In this document: positions 15,783-24,537 of the stretch, one piece after another
Position numbering within the stretch: position 1 is the first letter of the stretch
How the letters are laid out: each line of letters opens with the position of its first letter
IMG/VR virus record: IMGVR_UViG_3300011443_000051
Coordinates: 1 to 25,368 of that record
Direction: 5' to 3' (one strand)
Origin: a virus
Lineage: Duplodnaviria; Caudoviricetes
DNA: 25,368 nt
Program-made: the position numbers and the translations under genes
Notes under the pieces: model-generated
Seen by the model: only the letters and a program-made list of their open reading frames with translations
Told to the model about the DNA's origin: nothing
Databases searched by the model: none

Positions 15783-18166
15783 TACTCTCCCCTCACGGTT
15801 ACGGTGTTTAGCTTTTGGATTACTTCTAGGTTATTAGGTAGTGACTGAGTAGCTGTTACCTCATTTGGAATAGCTACCAGAGTTAGTAGGTTTAGTTCAG
15901 CCTGAACGACTGTTACCGTATCCAACCTCTGGATGATAATTACCGTGGGTACAGGTAGCTCAGTAGTAACAGTGGGAGTGAATCCAGTAACTACCACTAC
16001 GGCATACCCTGAGGAAGCCTGAACAGCAGATCCTGAGTTGATGGCTGTAACTACCACTGAAGCCGTTACGGCTGTTGGAGCTACGTTTGTAGAAGCACCA
16101 TTAGATGTAACAGTTAGAGTTGCTGTTTGAGCAGCCACATGATTCATGATTGCTGATACGCCTACGACAGTTACCGTAGCTGATTGGCTTCCGGGACTAA
16201 CTGTTGACGTTGTTACGTTAGCTGACACCGTAACGTTAGCTACCTGAGCTGAAACGTTACTAGCTCCCGTAGGAGCGGGATTGTTAGCTGTTACTGAAAC
16301 CAAGGCTACTTCAGCTTGAACATTTTGGAAGTTACCTACTCCTGTACCCAACCAGGGGTAAGCTCTCCCCCAAGGGGTCTTACCAGGTCTGAATACAGTA
16401 GACGAGTTATATACTTCACCCTGTTGAACAATGGTGACCGTAGAGTCGTTAGCAGTAACGGAGACGCTAGCCGAACTAGCCGGGACACTGATCGCTGGAT
16501 TAGGAGCGTTTCCTGTAACCGTTACTGAAGCTGACTGACTACCAGTAGATACCGTAGAAGTTGTGTTGTTAGAGGTGACTGTCACGGTAGCTGAACCAGC
16601 TCCGGGACTAACCTTTATCGTCGACCCGTTCCCTGTGACACTGACGGTGGCTGAACCTACAGAAGGTGAAACCGTCTGAGAGGTGTTGTTTGCCGTTACT
16701 ACTACTGAGGCTGACTCAGCTGTAGCTACTACAGCGACAGTAGGATCTGCGTCATTTCCAGTAACCACTACAGAGCCACTACCAGGATTCACCCTGATAG
16801 ATGGACTTGGGTTATTACTTGTGACAGTTACGGCGGCTGAACTAGGTCCTGTGCTGACTGTCGAGGTAGTTACATCACCCAATACGACTACTGTAGCTGA
16901 ACCAGCACCCGGAGAAACAAACGGATTAGGATTATTCCCAGTAACGATAACTGAACCACTACCAACTACAGGACTAACTAGGGATGTAGTATCTCCACCC
17001 AACACAGTTACGTTAGCTACTTCTGCGTAAACAGTCGTACCCGTAATAATCGTGGAGTCTCCCGCTGCCACTGTTACAGTGGCACACTCAGCGGACACGC
17101 TAACTGACATACCAGGGTTATTAGCAGTGACAGCTACAGCGATACTTTGTGAGCCTGTGAAGACTGTAGAGGTGGTATTGTTACCGGTAACAGTTACAGC
17201 ACCACTACCGGAACCAGGTTTAACTGTAGTTGTTGGGTTATTACCAGTAACGGTAACTGAGGCAGCCTGAGAACCAGGCTTAACATCCATAGTCGGGTTG
17301 TTACCCGTGACCGTAACGGCTGCGGACTGCGACCCTGGCTTAATAGTGGTCGTAGTGTTGTTAGCAGTTACGGTAAGAGAGATAAGTTCAGCGTCTACGT
17401 TAGTTGCGCCTGCCTCAGCCGCAACCTCAGAACCAGTACCTAGCCAAGTACTATATGGAGTAAATGGATAGGGTGTACCGGGTAGAAACGATGGATGTAA
17501 GAATGTAAGTCCGGGATCACCAACGGTGGATGATACGAGTTCCTTGACTACAACCCCACACCAAGACCATGAAGCGTTGTTAGCTGTGGTGTTGAAAGAC
17601 TGTGAGGTACCACCAGTACCTTCGATGTAGGAGAAACAACCTGACTGAGCACCAAGGTCGTTCTCGTATAGAGAGGTACCTGTATCAATGGATACACCCG
17701 TTACAGCTCCAGCGCCCTCGGACAAACATACAAGAGCGATCCAGTCAGCCAAGCTGTCTGTATAGTCAAGGGTTATTGTGGGGTTGGATGCCGTTCCGTT
17801 GTTGCCTGTCTCAACATCTACTTCCGTAGACCCAGAAGTAGAGGTAACCGTCACTGCTGTAGCAGCATAGTTTAGGGTGCTGTTGATATCGATAGCTACA
17901 GTTTGAGCCCCACTTAGAACACCCTCACCCAAGAAATATGAGTAGGCTGCTGTGGGGTCTCCACCTCCAGCTTGGCTCTGATACTCTAGTCTGGTCATTG
18001 CTACGCCACCATAGGTGACACCAACAACCTGATCTGTTGTACCCTCACCTTGTGCGATCAATACGATTACTCCAGCAGGAGTACCCGAGGGTGTGTGAGT
18101 CCAGCTACCGTCAGCGGATGAGTTTGTGGCGGTAAGCTGAGACTTAGCATCAAAGGCAATAGCCAC
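15782..18166 (-). CDS. Putative virion fibre/surface protein with ~20-aa Ser/Thr/Val repeats
   Basis: 794 aa; N-terminal ~210-aa beta-rich domain followed by many repeats such as VTGNNPTTTVKPGSGSGAVT; stop overlaps the terS start (TAATG). Confidence 0.7.
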   Translation of the reverse strand: MAIAFDAKSQLTATNSSADGSWTHTPSGTPAGVIVLIAQGEGTTDQVVGVTYGGVAMTRLEYQSQAGGGDPTAAYSYFLGEGVLSGAQTVAIDINSTLNYAATAVTVTSTSGSTEVDVETGNNGTASNPTITLDYTDSLADWIALVCLSEGAGAVTGVSIDTGTSLYENDLGAQSGCFSYIEGTGGTSQSFNTTANNASWSWCGVVVKELVSSTVGDPGLTFLHPSFLPGTPYPFTPYSTWLGTGSEVAAEAGATNVDAELISLTVTANNTTTTIKPGSQSAAVTVTGNNPTMDVKPGSQAASVTVTGNNPTTTVKPGSGSGAVTVTGNNTTSTVFTGSQSIAVAVTANNPGMSVSVSAECATVTVAAGDSTIITGTTVYAEVANVTVLGGDTTSLVSPVVGSGSVIVTGNNPNPFVSPGAGSATVVVLGDVTTSTVSTGPSSAAVTVTSNNPSPSIRVNPGSGSVVVTGNDADPTVAVVATAESASVVVTANNTSQTVSPSVGSATVSVTGNGSTIKVSPGAGSATVTVTSNNTTSTVSTGSQSASVTVTGNAPNPAISVPASSASVSVTANDSTVTIVQQGEVYNSSTVFRPGKTPWGRAYPWLGTGVGNFQNVQAEVALVSVTANNPAPTGASNVSAQVANVTVSANVTTSTVSPGSQSATVTVVGVSAIMNHVAAQTATLTVTSNGASTNVAPTAVTASVVVTAINSGSAVQASSGYAVVVVTGFTPTVTTELPVPTVIIIQRLDTVTVVQAELNLLTLVAIPNEVTATQSLPNNLEVIQKLNTVTVRGE
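16420..17410 (-). repeat. Degenerate ~60-nt (20-codon) coding tandem repeat array
   Basis: Period is visible in the DNA (compare the lines starting at 17161, 17221, 17281 and 17341) and in the protein; boundaries are approximate. Confidence 0.85.
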
Positions 18167-18183
18167 AACTTACCCCCTAACTA

Positions 18184-18717
18184 TTAGCTAACTACTTCTA
18201 CAAGAAGGCTATTCAATAGGAAGATGTTAGACCCCGAAGAGGCTGAGCATGCAGCACCCACTGTGATAGTCTTAGCTGTAGTAGTATCGACGGCTACTGT
18301 ACGAAGGGCTAGGGTAATCGGAATAGGGATACGAGTAACAGCGGTCAACGAAGTCAAACCGTTGTCCTGGAAACCCTGACCTACCAGGGAGCCTGCGGTA
18401 CCCGTACTTCTAACTCGACCCCACCACTCCATAGACCATGGCCAGCTTGCAGCTCCAGCACCTACAGTGACAGCTCCACCAATAGCGAGAGCGATACCTG
18501 CTACTCCACCGTAGTAGAATCCATAGGTGTAAGTAGGTGAGCCAGTAGTAGAGAAGTTACCCTGAGCTGAAATACGTAGAGTAGAACCAACCTCTAAGAT
18601 GTTGGCCGGGAGAGTAACCTGAGGGAGTAGGGGAACGTCAGCCGCAGCGGTAAAGGTGTCTAGCTGAGCATTTAGAACTTGAAAAGGCGGAACAGGAGCA
18701 ACCCAATATTGTCTCAT
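18184..18717 (-). CDS. Hypothetical beta-rich protein, probably virion-associated
   Basis: 177 aa Gly/Ala/Thr-rich; motifs TLPANILEVGSTLRISAQG and VAVDTTTAKTITV; tightly packed in the operon. Confidence 0.6.
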   Translation of the reverse strand: MRQYWVAPVPPFQVLNAQLDTFTAAADVPLLPQVTLPANILEVGSTLRISAQGNFSTTGSPTYTYGFYYGGVAGIALAIGGAVTVGAGAASWPWSMEWWGRVRSTGTAGSLVGQGFQDNGLTSLTAVTRIPIPITLALRTVAVDTTTAKTITVGAACSASSGSNIFLLNSLLVEVVS

Positions 18718-18718
18718 A

Positions 18719-19201
18719 TTACACCGTCATTCTAAAGATACCGTTGGCGTGCCAAACGATAGTGAATGTACCGTTAGTTACGGAGTTAGCTCCACCGAAG
18801 TAGTTGAAGCACACACCCTGATCTGAGGGAGTGGTAGAGGTGTCGTCATAGACTAGACAACCGTAAGCGTTCAACAGGTCCGCTGTAGCTCCCGAGGCTG
18901 TATCGACAGCATCAAAATAGACAACATCCGTAGTGACGTTTACTGAGGGAGTAGTAAGAGCTACGCCACCAGTCGGCCAGTCAGCACCACCACCTGAGGT
19001 ATCGATAACCTCGTTACCTGAGATAGCCCATACTCCTGCGTTAAAGCATGTGTTAGCCTGAGTAGCGTCATTGTCTGGGGTGATGTCGTTGTCGTATAGA
19101 GCAGCCTTAAACGTATCTGTGTTAAGGTCTAGTACTTCTGCGGGAGTTGCTAACACAGTCTCCCAGAATCTAGCGAATGTATGTGAGTCAGACCAAGCCA
19201 T
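18719..19201 (-). CDS. Conserved phage structural accessory protein (fibre-base/decoration-like)
   Basis: 160 aa; pattern DLNTDTFKAALY...GGVALT...YFDAVD...AYGCLVYDDT...NGTFTIVW..NGIF resembles small proteins that precede phage fibre genes. Confidence 0.65.
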   Translation of the reverse strand: MAWSDSHTFARFWETVLATPAEVLDLNTDTFKAALYDNDITPDNDATQANTCFNAGVWAISGNEVIDTSGGGADWPTGGVALTTPSVNVTTDVVYFDAVDTASGATADLLNAYGCLVYDDTSTTPSDQGVCFNYFGGANSVTNGTFTIVWHANGIFRMTV

Positions 19202-19527
19202 TATATATCAACTCCTTTCGTTACCGCTTGTGCACAAGGAGCTAAGACAGTACAATCTTGACCATCGTTACGAGTCGTAACGATAGACATAACTGGCCTT
19301 CCTTCTCCATCCTTTTGTACCAATTCCTTACCTACATAATCTTCACGTTCAACAGCTTCTATTTTGCAACTCGTCCCAGCTGGGACCATTGGGGCAGTCA
19401 AACCCTTAAGTCCACGACACTTATGGAATCTGGTATGGACCTGAGTCTCGTAAGTTACATCCTTGAATGGGCAGTTAGGACATTCCCATCTGCGCTCTGG
19501 TCTTAGGATTACCAACTGTTCTGCCAT
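19201..19527 (-). CDS. Small Cys/His-rich (putative Zn-binding) protein
   Basis: 108 aa; WECPNC...HTRFHKC and DCTVLAPC; overlaps both neighbouring genes. Confidence 0.7.
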   Translation of the reverse strand: MAEQLVILRPERRWECPNCPFKDVTYETQVHTRFHKCRGLKGLTAPMVPAGTSCKIEAVEREDYVGKELVQKDGEGRPVMSIVTTRNDGQDCTVLAPCAQAVTKGVDI

Positions 19528-19841
19528 AAATCGACAACTCCATATAAGATAGTGGTTTCCGAGGTATCTAACCTCAGTGAGTGTCTGACGTCAGTCAACC
19601 CGAGGAAAGCCGCTACCTGAACGGAGGTGAGAGCCGTAGTGATGATTCCCGCTGGACCACTAACCGTGATCCCGTTACCTTCGGTAAGAGCTAAAACGAC
19701 CTCATCATTGTCATAAAAGGTATGAGTGATAGCTTCACTATCTAGATCGATAGCTTCGCCCAAAGTATCAACGTAGCTAACTACCAGTTCGTATGCGTCC
19801 CCTAGGACTAATTGAATCCTATACTTTTGTGGCACTGCCAA
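19509..19841 (-). CDS. Small beta-sandwich virion adaptor-like protein (BppU N-terminal-like); start uncertain
   Basis: Motifs IQLVLGDAYELVVSYVDTLGEAIDL, GITV..AGIITTALT and ILYGVV. The TTG at 19841 (MAVPQKY) reduces the overlap with the epimerase compared with the track start at 19910. Confidence 0.6.
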   Translation of the reverse strand: MAVPQKYRIQLVLGDAYELVVSYVDTLGEAIDLDSEAITHTFYDNDEVVLALTEGNGITVSGPAGIITTALTSVQVAAFLGLTDVRHSLRLDTSETTILYGVVDLWQNSW

Positions 19842-20715
19842 TAGCTCTTGATACCCCCTCTTCAATTGAGATCTTTGGGATGTAATGTTCGTTGAAGCGG
19901 GTGGGGTCACCTACTCTGTAGAAGACTCCGGTAGGTTTATCCTGCTGATAGTTGACTGCCATAGTTGTGCAGCCTGTTACTATCGTTCTGGCCATAATCA
20001 TCAGTTCGGCCATCTCAGTACCAACTCCAGTACATACATTTACTGGTCGTCGCTCATCGTTTTCATAGATTGTGTGCGTCCCTCTAATGACATCTTCAAT
20101 ATGTACCCAATCTCTGGTTTGGCCAGGAGGTCCCCACACTGTAAGGTCGCCAGACATAGCACGTCGTATAATGCTTGGAAATGGATAAGTGAGGGCTTGA
20201 TCTGTCCCGTATCCGCTAAATGGCCGAACGACATGTACCCTAAGTCCCTGGTCGGAAGCTGCTTTAGCAATCCGTTCTCCTGTCAGTTTTGCCCATCCGT
20301 AGTTAGCGTCAGGATTTACAAGGTTAGAGTAATCATTAATATAGTCTTCGTAAAGTAGTGGACGATCATTATATTCAGCTACCTGTAAATATTTTGGATA
20401 CGCAGCCGAGCTACTAAAATAGATAACAGCGTCACTACCACCTCGGAGAGCCCACTGGAACATAGTCGCGTCCATGGCGACATTCTTAGCTAAAGCCATA
20501 TTAGATCCGTCGATGTGTGCTCTACCACCAACTTCGTAAGCACAATGGATCAAAAGATCGAAATGTTCCTCTGTATCTTCAGCAAAAAAAAGGAACGCAT
20601 CCTCATCTGGATGGTTCACGATATCTAGTCCGTAGACTTCCCAACCGAGATTCTTCAGGAATTCCTTGTAATTTTTTCCGACAAAGCCTGCGTCCCCGGT
20701 GATTAGTGCTCTCAT
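19819..20715 (-). CDS. NAD-dependent nucleotide-sugar epimerase/dehydratase (extended SDR)
   Basis: 298 aa; ITGDAGFVG (GxxGxxG), YFSSSAAY, YGWAK (YxxxK), RPFSGYG and TRDWVHIED. Confidence 0.95.
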   Translation of the reverse strand: MRALITGDAGFVGKNYKEFLKNLGWEVYGLDIVNHPDEDAFLFFAEDTEEHFDLLIHCAYEVGGRAHIDGSNMALAKNVAMDATMFQWALRGGSDAVIYFSSSAAYPKYLQVAEYNDRPLLYEDYINDYSNLVNPDANYGWAKLTGERIAKAASDQGLRVHVVRPFSGYGTDQALTYPFPSIIRRAMSGDLTVWGPPGQTRDWVHIEDVIRGTHTIYENDERRPVNVCTGVGTEMAELMIMARTIVTGCTTMAVNYQQDKPTGVFYRVGDPTRFNEHYIPKISIEEGVSRAIGSATKV

Positions 20716-21264
20716 CTATGTACATCCCCAAATTTGGAATCGGTAGCCGATTTGCGGCATAGTCTCTCTATATTCTTGTGGCTGCCACCCGGAAGCCTTC
20801 AGTAGTGTTAATACTCCGGCACGATCCCAGCCCCAATAATGCTCCGGGTTATCGTCCGTATACTCATCTAGGGGAGTACTCAGAATAAGCTTCTTAGATT
20901 TAGCTCTGATTAGCTTCAAGACAGCCGTAGGATCATCTAGGTGTTCCAAGGTCTCACAGAGGACGAATACGTCCACTGGGCCGATAAGTTGTAGAGTGTA
21001 TTCGATTGGACCGGTATATTCATATCCTGGTCGATAATCACCGAAAATACGTTCCCGGACTCGTATATTCCGGAGGATGTAACCATCACCTGCGGACAGG
21101 TCAGCACCTCGACCATCTTCGTCATCAAGGAAATCAGCAGCGAGAGCAAGAGTAGTCTGAATGCGTAACACATGATCTGGAAAGATCGAATGGTCATGTT
21201 CATAATTATAGATCTCCGCTAACTCTTCAGGTGTATATTTCGGTCTAAGTCTTCGAATAGTCAC
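20716..21264 (-). CDS. Class I SAM-dependent methyltransferase
   Basis: 182 aa; motif I ADLSAGDG, DVFVLCETLEHLDDP and LILSTP. Confidence 0.85.
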   Translation of the reverse strand: MTIRRLRPKYTPEELAEIYNYEHDHSIFPDHVLRIQTTLALAADFLDDEDGRGADLSAGDGYILRNIRVRERIFGDYRPGYEYTGPIEYTLQLIGPVDVFVLCETLEHLDDPTAVLKLIRAKSKKLILSTPLDEYTDDNPEHYWGWDRAGVLTLLKASGWQPQEYRETMPQIGYRFQIWGCT

Positions 21265-22046
21265 TGTCTACCCCTTGTACGGTGTGGTGCTCTGTGTGGC
21301 CAGTCATCCAATAGGAATCGATGAGTGGGATGTCTTAATTCCTCATTTTCGTCTCTACACTCAGCTACGAACTCATTATCGATTCTAGGAGGAAGAGAAT
21401 AGCGAAATCTACGTCTTTCGAAGCCAAAGAACTCATCATGAGCCATAATCTTGTTTCTAAGCTTAGGGTGCACATTTAATCGCAACCACCACTGATCAAC
21501 CTGATAAAAGTCGTTAGATTCGTAATTTACGGTCAAATGGTTACAAGCCCTAACAACAGTTTCGTAAAAGTTGTCTGGAATCGTGTATGGAAGGTTTTCG
21601 TGAATCAATGGGAAGAGGGAAGCTCTTACTCCGAACAATCCAGCCAAAATAGGAACCCCATGGAAGGGATGATCCCGGATAACGTGGAATTCGAGGTGGT
21701 GCTTCAACCATTCATTGAGAGCGTAATATTCTCGGAAGGAAGGTCGGCTATCAACGTCTCTGGAGAGGTAGTAGTCATAACCATCGGAATACAGCGGGTC
21801 AAGGAAGGCGTACCTCCAAAAGGTAGCGGTTTGGTCCTCAACCATCCCCCTCATACGAAGGATAAGCGCACCCTCACTCTTTAACTCCTCGATAACGGAC
21901 TCAGGAACAGAATCACCGACTGCGAAAGCACACGTAACGTCAAGTTCACCCTCTTTCCAAAGTTTAGCGTTCCTTAACGCTCCCTGGACGTACAAGGGCT
22001 GATCTCCGAAGAGGGTAAAACTAACTAGACCCTTCAATATAACCAA
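21261..22046 (-). CDS. Putative GT-A-like glycosyltransferase (poorly characterised family)
   Basis: 261 aa; SFTLFG..LYVQGALRNA, FWRY, SRDVDSR (DxD), HVIRDHPFH..PILAGLFG and DQWWL; lies inside the GT cassette. Confidence 0.6.
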   Translation of the reverse strand: MVILKGLVSFTLFGDQPLYVQGALRNAKLWKEGELDVTCAFAVGDSVPESVIEELKSEGALILRMRGMVEDQTATFWRYAFLDPLYSDGYDYYLSRDVDSRPSFREYYALNEWLKHHLEFHVIRDHPFHGVPILAGLFGVRASLFPLIHENLPYTIPDNFYETVVRACNHLTVNYESNDFYQVDQWWLRLNVHPKLRNKIMAHDEFFGFERRRFRYSLPPRIDNEFVAECRDENEELRHPTHRFLLDDWPHRAPHRTRGRQ

Positions 22047-22776
22047 ACTCCATCATCATCTTGATTTTACCAACATCCTCTTGGAATCTGGAGATTTCCC
22101 GTCCCTTTGGATCGTGATAGATTAAGTAAGCGTCATTATCGTGTCTAGCCATAAAATTCGAGTTGACAGCACGATATTGCTTGTCATTTTTGTTCTTTCC
22201 AGCTAGAGGGTGCATATGTTCGATGACGACATCCTCAAGGTACTGGATCTTATCGATTGCGGTTCCCCAATCCTTCCATACGACGTCTACACACAGGTGG
22301 TCCATCTCTGGTGGACACATATACCCTACGGCTAAAGCGATGTCGGTGGTAAAACTGATCTGAGTTGGAATTCGATCAAATTGGAAAAGGTCGTTCCCAT
22401 AGACGAATCCTGTCTGAAGCCCTCGGAGCACATCAATATATGACTTGTCCCAGTCGGGTGTTCGTGGACGGTGATCGTCTCCCATGAAGCCGACAGCGAA
22501 ACCGAGCTTCCCTGACTTGGCGTAATGTCTAAAAGCCTCATTAAGGGCTCCGACCATTCCTCTTCTGGTGACGCCAGCAACATAATATTCCCATCTGTTA
22601 TCATTCTTGGAGATGTACCGAGCTAAATCCCTGTCATCTTCGTCAAAAACGAACACAACCTTCGTCCGACAGCTTGCATACCTATAAAATTCGCCTGCAA
22701 AGTCAGCTAAGTTGTCCGGTCTGCCCCTCGTGGGGACAAAAATTGTCAATTCGGGGGGTGAAGAGGTTAGATCCAC
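22021..22776 (-). CDS. Glycosyltransferase, GT2-like (GT-A fold)
   Basis: 251 aa; TIFVPTRGRP, VFVFDEDD, FMGDDH, VYGND and VIEHMHP. Confidence 0.88.
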   Translation of the reverse strand: MDLTSSPPELTIFVPTRGRPDNLADFAGEFYRYASCRTKVVFVFDEDDRDLARYISKNDNRWEYYVAGVTRRGMVGALNEAFRHYAKSGKLGFAVGFMGDDHRPRTPDWDKSYIDVLRGLQTGFVYGNDLFQFDRIPTQISFTTDIALAVGYMCPPEMDHLCVDVVWKDWGTAIDKIQYLEDVVIEHMHPLAGKNKNDKQYRAVNSNFMARHDNDAYLIYHDPKGREISRFQEDVGKIKMMMEFGYIEGSS

Positions 22777-23428
22777 GTTGAATTTCCCTAATTTTAGTCT
22801 TGTTACCTACATTTTGGTTGTAAGAATCCCTTAGTTGGGTGTTATGAGCGGTAAAATCAAGCTCTCCACCTCTAGGGTGCTGAAAGTTGATGAGATCTCC
22901 ACTGTAATGAGTAGGTTTTCCGAGGAACGTCTTGACAGATACCAAGAATATTTCGTCTTCGTATCCCCATCCAACGATTCGTTCATCCATTCCACCAGCG
23001 AGTACCCATTCGCTCGGTCTGATAACAAAAACTCCACCGCAGCTTGGCCCATACGTATAGAGCGGCTTTTTGCGTTGATAACGGTCAGGAGGAGATTTTG
23101 CGTAACGAGCAGGCATAACCCTAACTTTATCAAAGGGGATGTGCAGCCCCCCTTTGTTATAACAGGCTGTGATTGCCTCAGTGAGTGGTCCTTCCTCTGG
23201 AATGCTGTCGGCGTCACAAATAACTACTACGTCATAACCACAGATGTCCGCGTACCCTGCAATACCATTTCTGGTGGCAGCCCTATTGAAGGGAGTATGC
23301 TCCGAGTCATAAACGAACGTATACTTAAAATCGTAAAGCCCTTCTACGGAGGGTCTAACCCTATCAAAGACAGACCTTCTGACTCCCTCACCCCTAAAGG
23401 GGAACCCTAATAGAACCCTCAGTTTCAT
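22703..23428 (-). CDS. Glycosyltransferase, GT2/GT7 (galactosyltransferase C-terminal-like)
   Basis: 241 aa; PFR, FNRAATRN, ICDADS (DxD) and GGMDERIVGWGYEDE; AAGGAAGG RBS. Confidence 0.9.
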   Translation of the reverse strand: MKLRVLLGFPFRGEGVRRSVFDRVRPSVEGLYDFKYTFVYDSEHTPFNRAATRNGIAGYADICGYDVVVICDADSIPEEGPLTEAITACYNKGGLHIPFDKVRVMPARYAKSPPDRYQRKKPLYTYGPSCGGVFVIRPSEWVLAGGMDERIVGWGYEDEIFLVSVKTFLGKPTHYSGDLINFQHPRGGELDFTAHNTQLRDSYNQNVGNKTKIREIQRGSNLFTPRIDNFCPHEGQTGQLS

Positions 23429-23440
23429 TTACCTTCCTTG

Positions 23441-23513
23441 TGGACCTAGACGGATTTGAACCCTCAACCTGGGGTATGCAACACCCCCGCTCTACCGTTG
23501 GAGCTATAAGCCC
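23441..23513 (-). tRNA. tRNA-Ala (anticodon TGC)
   Basis: Full cloverleaf: acceptor GGGCTTA/TAGGTCC with the G3:U70 alanine determinant and A73; D-stem GCTC/GAGC; anticodon stem GGGGT/ACCCC with loop GTTGCAT; T-loop TTCAAAT (one G-G mismatch in the T-stem). CCA is not encoded. Confidence 0.92.
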
Positions 23514-23623
23514 ATGAACCCCTAAATTCCTCGAAGGTCACTCTTTAGGGGTAAGTGCGGATGGGTGATTTTAACCAGGATCTATTAGACGTCTCAGGGC
23601 GATCCCTAATCTCTCCCTCCGAA

Positions 23624-23695
23624 TAGCGTGGCAACGGAATTGAACCGTTCTCTCTGAATTATGAGTACAGCGACATACCTCTAGTCCAGCCCGCT
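23624..23695 (-). tRNA. tRNA with CAT anticodon (Met or Ile2), atypical
   Basis: T-arm AACGG-TTCAATT-CCGTT; anticodon loop CTCATAA on stem CTGTA/TTCAG (one mismatch); D-stem GAC/GTC; acceptor AGCGGGC/GCCACGCT needs a bulged A. Confidence 0.75.
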
Positions 23696-23742
23696 AAGAT
23701 CCCGATATTTTAATGTCGCTCGGGAATAGACAATCCTCCATC

Positions 23743-24513
23743 CTATGACGGAGGAGGTTCGTTATGTTCACATCGACATACAGGTAGAAAGCCCTTTAGC
23801 CAGTCCCCGATCGCAGCTAACCACTGAGGGGTCGGCCGGTAAGCGTCAATACGTGTATATCTTACGAAGTCTCCAGCCTTCTGTGGCTGATTACTAACCA
23901 TGTCATGTAGCTTATATTCCCATACTGCCTTGGCTACGTCTGCTACGGTTGCCACTCCAACTCCTTCGATGTAGATTTTGTCTGGTGATTTGTTAGCTTC
24001 CCACTGAGCTACGGATTCTCCACGTAGAATAGATAGGATAGCGTCAAACGCCTCTCGGACGTTCATGTACATCCGAAGGAAGCTAAGGTGAATATGCCAA
24101 AGGTGGCTACTATCTGAGGTGACGTTAACTAGATATACGAAATCAAAACCCTCTACCGCAGAGTCGGTGTCGATGTTGCCGTAGAACTCCCGGAGGTAGT
24201 TACCCCGAGGATCGTTGACATCCTTCCCAGATCTGTATAACCTGAGGGAGTATTTGTTGATCGTCCGGTAGTCACCCGACTGAGCGTCAGGGAACGTCAG
24301 ATCTATGCCCGCTGATTTGTCACCAGGACCGAGCTTGTCCGCCGCTAGCTGGACCGAGTAATCATCTTTTGGTAAGTTGAGCCGGGTGTTATGGTATCCT
24401 GGTTTGTTCCCGTAGATACCTCCGAGTTGTACGGTAGGTTCGATCTTTTTGAACTCTTCCCAAAACCTCCACATCTCTGCTGAGATCCTAGCTGGATTAG
24501 GGTTTGTTGCCAC
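23743..24513 (-). CDS. Endolysin, putative Zn-dependent (M15/LAS-like) peptidoglycan peptidase
   Basis: 256 aa; candidate ligands GYHN...AGIDL...HLWHIH; C-terminal VADVAKAVW helix seen in actinophage lysins; GAGGAGG RBS before GTG. Confidence 0.7.
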   Translation of the reverse strand: MATNPNPARISAEMWRFWEEFKKIEPTVQLGGIYGNKPGYHNTRLNLPKDDYSVQLAADKLGPGDKSAGIDLTFPDAQSGDYRTINKYSLRLYRSGKDVNDPRGNYLREFYGNIDTDSAVEGFDFVYLVNVTSDSSHLWHIHLSFLRMYMNVREAFDAILSILRGESVAQWEANKSPDKIYIEGVGVATVADVAKAVWEYKLHDMVSNQPQKAGDFVRYTRIDAYRPTPQWLAAIGDWLKGFLPVCRCEHNEPPPS

Positions 24514-24537
24514 CGAATACCTCCTCGTTTATTTTTC

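Noticed and set aside
16420-17410. 60-nt periodicity as a CRISPR array or diversity-generating repeat
   Set aside because: Repeats are degenerate, in frame and conserved at protein level. There is no repeat-spacer structure and no cas or reverse transcriptase gene in the window.
20584-20591. A8 homopolymer in the epimerase gene as a phase-variation or frameshift site
   Set aside because: The frame is intact (FLFFAE) and a single 8-mer is unremarkable.
7238-23410. Other nested or antisense ORFs (e.g. 11729..12103, 12681..13124, 16683..17030, 19885..20358, 22835..23410, 22831..23217)
   Set aside because: Fully overlap confident genes and show no family signatures. Only 10338..10568 occupies its own space and has a motif.
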